A DNA stretch of 49,391 nt from Planctomycetota bacterium (GTDB lineage: Bacteria; Planctomycetota; Phycisphaerae; Sedimentisphaerales; UBA12454): positions 319 to 49,709 of the forward strand of contig JAKJEQ010000001.1 of assembly GCA_022705345.1 (NCBI GenBank), written 5' to 3'. The notes under the pieces were generated by a model that was given only the letters and a program-made list of their open reading frames with translations, did not search any database and was not told the DNA's origin. Position 1 is the stretch's first letter. Each line of letters opens with the position of its first letter. A program made the position numbers and the translations under genes. Positions 44,481 to 49,391 of this stretch are shown here, one piece after another.

Positions 44481-45167
44481 ATGAAGTTTGCTGATTTTCA
44501 AATTTGTTTTGAAAACATTAAATCTGGGCTGCTTCCCCTTTTAGATGAAAAGCGTAAATATGAGGAACAAGATGCTCTTCTCAATGCGCCGCGATTTAAT
44601 GTTTATCGCATACTCAACATCCACCGAAAAGAGGCAATTACCCACACACCAATGATTGCAGAATTGCTTGATCCTGCCGGCTCTCACGGACAAGGCTCGC
44701 TGTTCTTGAAAACTTTTATAAATTATTTAACTGAGAAAGCTGGCTTTCCAAAACAATTAGATTTTAAAAATTGGCTCGTTGAATCCGAAAGACAGATACC
44801 GCCTTATGGAAGGCTTGATATAGTAATTTCTTCTAAAAGCTGTTTAATTGCTATAGAAAATAAAATTGATTCTGATGAACAGTCTGATCAGCTTGATAGA
44901 TATGATCAATGGTTGAAAACACGAACAAATTATCCCAACAGGTATTTGATATTTTTAACACCAACAGGGCATGCTCCCAAATCTTACAAACAAAGCCCAA
45001 AATCAACGCCGTTGATTAAACTGGCTTATCACTCCTCTGCCCATCCTAATTTATGCGACATTTTTTCTCAGACTCTTGACGAAATCAAGCCTGCCAAAGT
45101 TTGTGAGACACTTAGACAATACATCGATTTAATAAAAACAATACATTTAAAATCCAGAGGATTATAA
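44481..45167 (+). CDS. PD-(D/E)XK nuclease family protein (PDDEXK_4-like)
   Basis: 228 aa. N-terminal FNVYRILNIHRKEAITHTPMIAELLDPAGSHGQG and the core GRLDIVISSKSCLIAIENKIDSDEQSDQLDRY (D...E.K plus QL.RY). Confidence 0.7.
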   Translation: MKFADFQICFENIKSGLLPLLDEKRKYEEQDALLNAPRFNVYRILNIHRKEAITHTPMIAELLDPAGSHGQGSLFLKTFINYLTEKAGFPKQLDFKNWLVESERQIPPYGRLDIVISSKSCLIAIENKIDSDEQSDQLDRYDQWLKTRTNYPNRYLIFLTPTGHAPKSYKQSPKSTPLIKLAYHSSAHPNLCDIFSQTLDEIKPAKVCETLRQYIDLIKTIHLKSRGL

Positions 45168-45781
45168 TGGAAAATCCAGAGTCAGAAATAATTGACTATC
45201 TATCGGAGCCAAAGAATCTGCGGACCGCATTAGAGATTGGGTCACGATTTGATACAATCAGGAAAGAACTTTATGATCGGTTTTGGAACGGTATAGAAAA
45301 ACGTTTACTGAATAAAAAACCTCCGCTCAATTTAGATTCATGTAAATTTACTAAATATATAGATGATCCCAATTGGAAAACCAAATTTGAGTGGGCTAAT
45401 CTATGTATGGACGTGCATCCAAGTACACAAAAAATATTTGTGCGATATTCAATAGCATACTCAACCCAAACACCTTGCGATATATGTTTTGGTATCGTTT
45501 GGAGTGAATGGCAGCCCTTAAAAAGCCTAGTTTGGAAAAAACCATCCGTTTCCGCACTTATCAATTATCTTTCAAAAAAACATTATGGGCAGGAGTATCT
45601 TGAGATGTGGCTGGGCTTAGAGCAGTTAGATGAATATGATAATGAATTTGATTTATTAGAAAAGTCGGTAACTGATTTTGATTTGATAGCAGAAAATATT
45701 TGTAATAAATTTTGGCCATTTGTAGAAAATACTTATGAATTAGTTAAGAATGCTAATTTAGAATTAAAAAGAATGCGGTAA
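45167..45781 (+). CDS. hypothetical protein, translationally coupled to the PD-(D/E)XK gene
   Basis: 204 aa. Its ATG overlaps the upstream TAA (ATAATGG). Trp/acidic-rich with no recognisable motif. Confidence 0.55.
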   Translation: MENPESEIIDYLSEPKNLRTALEIGSRFDTIRKELYDRFWNGIEKRLLNKKPPLNLDSCKFTKYIDDPNWKTKFEWANLCMDVHPSTQKIFVRYSIAYSTQTPCDICFGIVWSEWQPLKSLVWKKPSVSALINYLSKKHYGQEYLEMWLGLEQLDEYDNEFDLLEKSVTDFDLIAENICNKFWPFVENTYELVKNANLELKRMR

Positions 45782-45833
45782 ATTTAGTTTTAAACTTCCT
45801 TGTCGTCATCCTTATCGCCTAATCTGGGAGCCC

Positions 45834-46169
45834 TTACACATATGTTTCAATTTTCTTAATAAGGATTTGTTCCAGCACAGGGTCATAGATCGGATAGATA
45901 TCGGGAATATCAAATACAATTATCTTCTCCGGCTTTTGATCATAATCAATCACGAGAATGTCCTTCATATATTCCTCCATAACAAATATCCTGTCCGCCC
46001 AGTCGGCAAGATATTTAGTAACTCTCCTTTCCGCAAGTTCATGAACTCCCGCCGATTGACATTCGATATTTTTGCCTTTGGCCTGCGCGATGCCTTTGCA
46101 AATTTGCTCGGCCGCTTTGCTGCGGTTTCGATTCGCCGCACAGATAAATAAATATTTCACGGCTTCCAC
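45834..46169 (-). CDS. low-molecular-weight phosphotyrosine phosphatase / ArsC-like fold protein (short)
   Basis: 111 aa. P-loop CAANRNRS (CX5R-S) at the N-terminus and a DIPD acid loop. Confidence 0.65.
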   Translation of the reverse strand: MEAVKYLFICAANRNRSKAAEQICKGIAQAKGKNIECQSAGVHELAERRVTKYLADWADRIFVMEEYMKDILVIDYDQKPEKIIVFDIPDIYPIYDPVLEQILIKKIETYV

Positions 46170-46223
46170 AAACTATATTATACATTCAGGCTTTTTACAG
46201 GAAATCAGTAAATTTCTTATTTA

Positions 46224-46426
46224 CTCAAACTGACCGATTTTGATAATGATATTTATTTAACTCATTATTTAATAAATGATAACACACTTTATAATTTATG
46301 GTTTGAGATTGCTTCGTCGTCTCGAAACGGGACTTCTCGCAATGACAAAAATGGCGTTTGTATGTCATTGCGAGGCTGTCCGCAGACAGCCGTGGCAATC
46401 TCAACCGCTGAATCGGTCAGTTTGAG
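46224..46426. mobile_element. MITE-like non-autonomous element, copy 2 (inverted relative to copy 1)
   Basis: The ends are CTCAAACTGACCGAT (46224..46238) and ATCGGTCAGTTTGAG (46412..46426). The interior is collinear with the reverse complement of 318..531. Confidence 0.7.
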
Positions 46427-46595
46427 TTAATTTTGACAAATATTTCCCGGGTTTATTACGGCCAAAAAATTTAAAAATCAGTCCGTGCCTGAAATCAAAC
46501 CCCGCGAAGTTACTATAAAGATATACCCCATTATTAGAAATAAGTTCGATAGGGAAAAACACTACAGCTTTCGAGTGGAAACCCTTGCTATTCGG

Positions 46596-46616
46596 CTGTG
46601 ATCTCGGTGTCCTCTG
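46596..46616. repeat. REP-like repeat family D
   Basis: CTGTGATCTCGGTGTCCTCTG, downstream of rsmA. Confidence 0.5.
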
Positions 46617-46635
46617 CAGTTATAAAAAAGACAAC

Positions 46636-47523
46636 TCAGTGGCCCAATATCTCATTACACAAATTCGCAATAGATATATAATTTTCCGCCGTCAGCTCCT
46701 CCGGCCTGTGATGAGGCTCTACAAAAGACCTCGCGAAAATATCTTCCCAGTGATGAACGTTCGCCATTCTTCCTTCGGCATGTTTCACACACGCTCTCAT
46801 CATCTTCCGCCGGTGATTCATAAACAAATTTACCGTCTCTTTAAAAAGCGGCACATTATGGATTTCCGCCACTTTCGCCGGATCCCTGTCGAACCGAACC
46901 ATTGCCGAATCCACCTGCGGCTCGGGCCAAAAAACTTTCGGCGAAAGCTTCCGAAGCATCCTGCATTGTCCCATCGCCGAAAGAAAAATGCTCAAAATCC
47001 CGTAATCATCGCTGCCCGGCTTTGCCGCCATTCTGTCTGCGACCTCTTTCTGAACAGTTACGATCATCGAATCCGCCACAACCGGCCCGTCCAGCAGATT
47101 CAGCATTACCGATGACGCGACATTATACGGAAGATTCGCGACCAGAAGCAGTCTTCCATAAATTTCTTCTTTGGCTCGAATTAATTTTGTAATAACTTCA
47201 CGATTGATTGTATTTTTATTTTCGAGAACATCCCCTGCGACCAATTCAAAATTAGGTTTATCTTTAAATTGCTGCCCAGTTATTCCTGCCAGAACTTCGT
47301 CATATTCTACCGCCACAAGTTTCCCCGCCCGTTTAACAAGTTCGCTCGTCAGAGAACCTGTCCCTGTTCCCACCTCAAGTACAATATCATTTTCAGTTAT
47401 CCCCGCGTTATTCAGCAGAAACTCCAATAAATTAAGGTCTATGAGGAAATGCTGCCCAAGCCGTTTATTCGGCTCAACCCCTGCCCCCGCCAGCAATCTT
47501 TGTATTTCCGTCTTTGTCTGCAT
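46636..47523 (-). CDS. rsmA: 16S rRNA (adenine1518/1519-N6)-dimethyltransferase
   Basis: 295 aa. LGQHFLID, VLEVGTGTGSLT and NLPYNV motifs. Confidence 0.93.
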   Translation of the reverse strand: MQTKTEIQRLLAGAGVEPNKRLGQHFLIDLNLLEFLLNNAGITENDIVLEVGTGTGSLTSELVKRAGKLVAVEYDEVLAGITGQQFKDKPNFELVAGDVLENKNTINREVITKLIRAKEEIYGRLLLVANLPYNVASSVMLNLLDGPVVADSMIVTVQKEVADRMAAKPGSDDYGILSIFLSAMGQCRMLRKLSPKVFWPEPQVDSAMVRFDRDPAKVAEIHNVPLFKETVNLFMNHRRKMMRACVKHAEGRMANVHHWEDIFARSFVEPHHRPEELTAENYISIANLCNEILGH

Positions 47524-47524
47524 G

Positions 47525-48091
47525 TCAGTCTTTATAATTTTTCGCTTTGTTCCATTCTTCCATCAAATTTAATTCAATAATTTTTTGTTCTGCTTCAGCA
47601 GTATTAATATCATTTCCTGAAAGTTCCAACATCTTTTTTATATCCCTCAAATGCTTACTGCTGCCGCCTTCCTTATAATATTGAAGTTTTCTTATGATAA
47701 CATATTCAGGAGGAGCGACCCACGCATCGCTGCCTTCTATTTTTACTTTTCTTCTATGGCTCATTGCCCATTGATGCAGTTTATCATTCGAAATCGGATA
47801 TATATCTGCTTTAAAGCCTGTCTTATGATGAATTATGTTGAAATGCCCTCCGGTAATTCTTGAGATTTCAGCTTTTATTGTCTCAGTTGGAGGACAGTAG
47901 AAGTTTTCAGTATCAAATATCTGGATCATTTTTTCAATATCATTGACATGTAAAGCAAGAACAATATCTATATCGTAAGTCATTCGCGGTTCCCCATAAA
48001 TGATGCTCGCTACTGAACCGGTTGTCATATAATCTATTTCGCTCTTATTAAAAAGGTCTATGAAAGTTAAAATAGGGTTAGCTTCTTGCAT
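47525..48091 (-). CDS. nucleotidyltransferase-fold protein (toxin-antitoxin-like module component)
   Basis: 188 aa. MTTGSVASIIYGEPRMTYDIDIVL (NTase G-S...DxD). Its stop is 1 nt before the rsmA ATG. Confidence 0.65.
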   Translation of the reverse strand: MQEANPILTFIDLFNKSEIDYMTTGSVASIIYGEPRMTYDIDIVLALHVNDIEKMIQIFDTENFYCPPTETIKAEISRITGGHFNIIHHKTGFKADIYPISNDKLHQWAMSHRRKVKIEGSDAWVAPPEYVIIRKLQYYKEGGSSKHLRDIKKMLELSGNDINTAEAEQKIIELNLMEEWNKAKNYKD

Positions 48092-48272
48092 TGCTGAATA
48101 TCCTTTTTACTTCCTGTTCAATTTGATTATCTGACCAATCATTATGTATCTGCTTGAGCCATCCCGTTTTCAATTCCCACGCGGAATAATAAAGCATGAG
48201 CGCAAGTCGTATTTTTTCAGTCGGCGTCATCTTGCTCAAAATTTCATTCTGTATTTCCGTCTTCGTCTGCAT
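48078..48272 (-). CDS. small protein partner of the nucleotidyltransferase; its first 8 codons duplicate the rsmA start
   Basis: 64 aa. MQTKTEIQ is identical to the rsmA N-terminus (22 of 24 nt). 14-nt overlap with the NTase gene. Confidence 0.55.
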   Translation of the reverse strand: MQTKTEIQNEILSKMTPTEKIRLALMLYYSAWELKTGWLKQIHNDWSDNQIEQEVKRIFSNARS

Positions 48273-48273
48273 T

Positions 48274-49335
48274 TTATTTTTTTGCTTCTATATTCTGTGT
48301 TCCGAGTTCTGCGTTCTGTTTTTTCGTTCTCGCCATCTCTATAGCAAGTTTAATCGCCGCTTTCATACTCGATTCATCCGCGACGCCTTTACCCGCGATA
48401 TCAAATGCCGTCCCGTGCGCAGGCGATGTCCGTATAATCGGCAGCCCTATTGTAACATTAACCGCGTCTTTAAACGCCAATAATTTTACAGGTATCATTC
48501 CCTGGTCGTGATACATCGCAACAACTCCGTCGAACATTCCTGCCGCCGCTTTTGCAAAAAGCGTATCCGCAGGATAAGGCCCCGAACATTTTATTCCCAT
48601 CTCCTGAGCGATCAAAATTGCCGGGCTGATAACCCGCTCTTCTTCATCCCCGAACTGTCCTTCTTCACCCGCGTGCGGATTCAAGGCCGCCACTGCAATA
48701 TTAGGCGTTTTGATCCCGAAATATTCCTTCAGAGCCGTATTCAGCAAATCGATCGGCTCATAAACTGCGCCTATCGTAAACTTATTGCGTAAATCCATCA
48801 ACGCTATATGTATCGTCGCGAGCGCAATTTTCAAAGGCCCTGCCGCGAACATCATCGCCTTTCTCGGAGACTTGCACTTTGCCGCAAGTAGTTCCGTATG
48901 TCCCGGCCATTCCGACCCCGCAAGTTTCCAGCTCGCTTTGCTTATCGGTCCGGTCACTATAGCATCGACAACTCCACCTCGTGCAGCCTCGATTGCATCC
49001 GTACAGAATCGAAGCGACGCCTCCCCCCCCGCCTTGCTCGGCCCGTTCACAAACATCGGCACCGCGTAATCGTCATAATCCGCAAGTATTATATTGTGAG
49101 GAAAATCTCTGCTTATTTTTTCGTGCTGAGTCCTGCCCCAGAACGGCTCGATTTCCGCAAGGTCCGCCGCGTATTCAAGAAATTCATCCATCCCGAAGAT
49201 AATAAATTTCACCCCCCGCCGCACATTCGGATCAAGCAATGATTTTATAATTACTTCAGGCCCGATGCCCAGCGGCTCGCCCATCGTAATGCCGATTACT
49301 ATCGGCTCTTCAGGTTTTTTAATATTGTCCGGCAC
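48274..49335 (-). CDS. pdxA: 4-hydroxythreonine-4-phosphate dehydrogenase
   Basis: 353 aa. ITMGEPLGIGPEV, GHTELLA and YHDQG motifs. Confidence 0.92.
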   Translation of the reverse strand: MPDNIKKPEEPIVIGITMGEPLGIGPEVIIKSLLDPNVRRGVKFIIFGMDEFLEYAADLAEIEPFWGRTQHEKISRDFPHNIILADYDDYAVPMFVNGPSKAGGEASLRFCTDAIEAARGGVVDAIVTGPISKASWKLAGSEWPGHTELLAAKCKSPRKAMMFAAGPLKIALATIHIALMDLRNKFTIGAVYEPIDLLNTALKEYFGIKTPNIAVAALNPHAGEEGQFGDEEERVISPAILIAQEMGIKCSGPYPADTLFAKAAAGMFDGVVAMYHDQGMIPVKLLAFKDAVNVTIGLPIIRTSPAHGTAFDIAGKGVADESSMKAAIKLAIEMARTKKQNAELGTQNIEAKK

Positions 49336-49391
49336 TTATTTGACCCCTTCTTAATGTTTTTATACGGCCTGTGTTTTTGTTTGCCGTTTTA

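Noticed and set aside
318-46426. The two inverted MITE copies might be the ends of a 46-kb composite transposon.
   Set aside because: The intervening DNA is mostly core housekeeping operons (dnaX, rpoN, hemL, pur, accA, folC, pckG). The copies are better explained as independent insertions.
46585-47115. 176-aa plus-strand ORF, together with 46902..47192 and 47171..47572.
   Set aside because: These are antisense to rsmA and have Arg/His/Pro-rich shadow translations.
1-49391. Search for tRNA, rRNA, tmRNA and riboswitch-like elements in the intergenic regions.
   Set aside because: No cloverleaf-compatible sequences with a GTTCGAATC-type T-arm were seen outside CDSs, and no rRNA-like segments. 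Only the SRP RNA at 2581..2677 was recognisable. Covariance-model scans would be needed to exclude small RNAs.

Overview
This is a 49.4-kb bacterial chromosomal segment. Gene content, two GxxExxY genes, a GLUG/dockerin-like secreted protein and the repeat families suggest a Planctomycetota/Phycisphaerae-like organism, but that call is low confidence.

**Housekeeping backbone:** 3' end of a sigma-70 gene, proC, a small SRP RNA, dnaX-recR, rpoN, a PpiD-like chaperone, hemL, the tyrA-purL-purQ operon, accA, dprA, folC, GTP-PEPCK, rsmA and pdxA.

**Repeat and mobile DNA:**
- At least six families of short REP-like palindromes are dispersed through the window.
- A ~210-bp MITE-like element is present twice, in inverted orientation.
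- An internally deleted RayT/IS200-like Y1 transposase relic is present.
- Two GxxExxY (PD-(D/E)XK) genes are each embedded in repeat arms.

**Most notable observations:**
1. A PfkB-family kinase gene carries three in-frame, codon-aligned insertions that are copies of intergenic REP families.
2. An AT-rich 3.4-kb cassette (DltD-like, MBOAT and HNH-AP2 nuclease genes) is inserted at the 3' end of that kinase gene and leaves a diverged duplicate of the gene tail.
3. An array of start-less rhs C-terminal toxin modules sits in the window with no parental rhs gene. The toxins look LRAT-like (His...NxC motif) and are paired with small membrane proteins.
4. dnaX contains an A9 tract with stops in both shifted frames, which is a gamma-subunit recoding signature.
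5. A sigma-54 module consists of rpoN, a histidine kinase and an NtrC-type activator split by an in-frame TAA. It lies beside a PilZ gene preceded by a -24/-12-like motif.
6. A nucleotidyltransferase pair is inserted exactly between pdxA and rsmA and duplicates the first 8 rsmA codons.
7. A two-gene PD-(D/E)XK cassette lies in a repeat-bounded islet.

No rRNA gene, tRNA gene or CRISPR array was seen.
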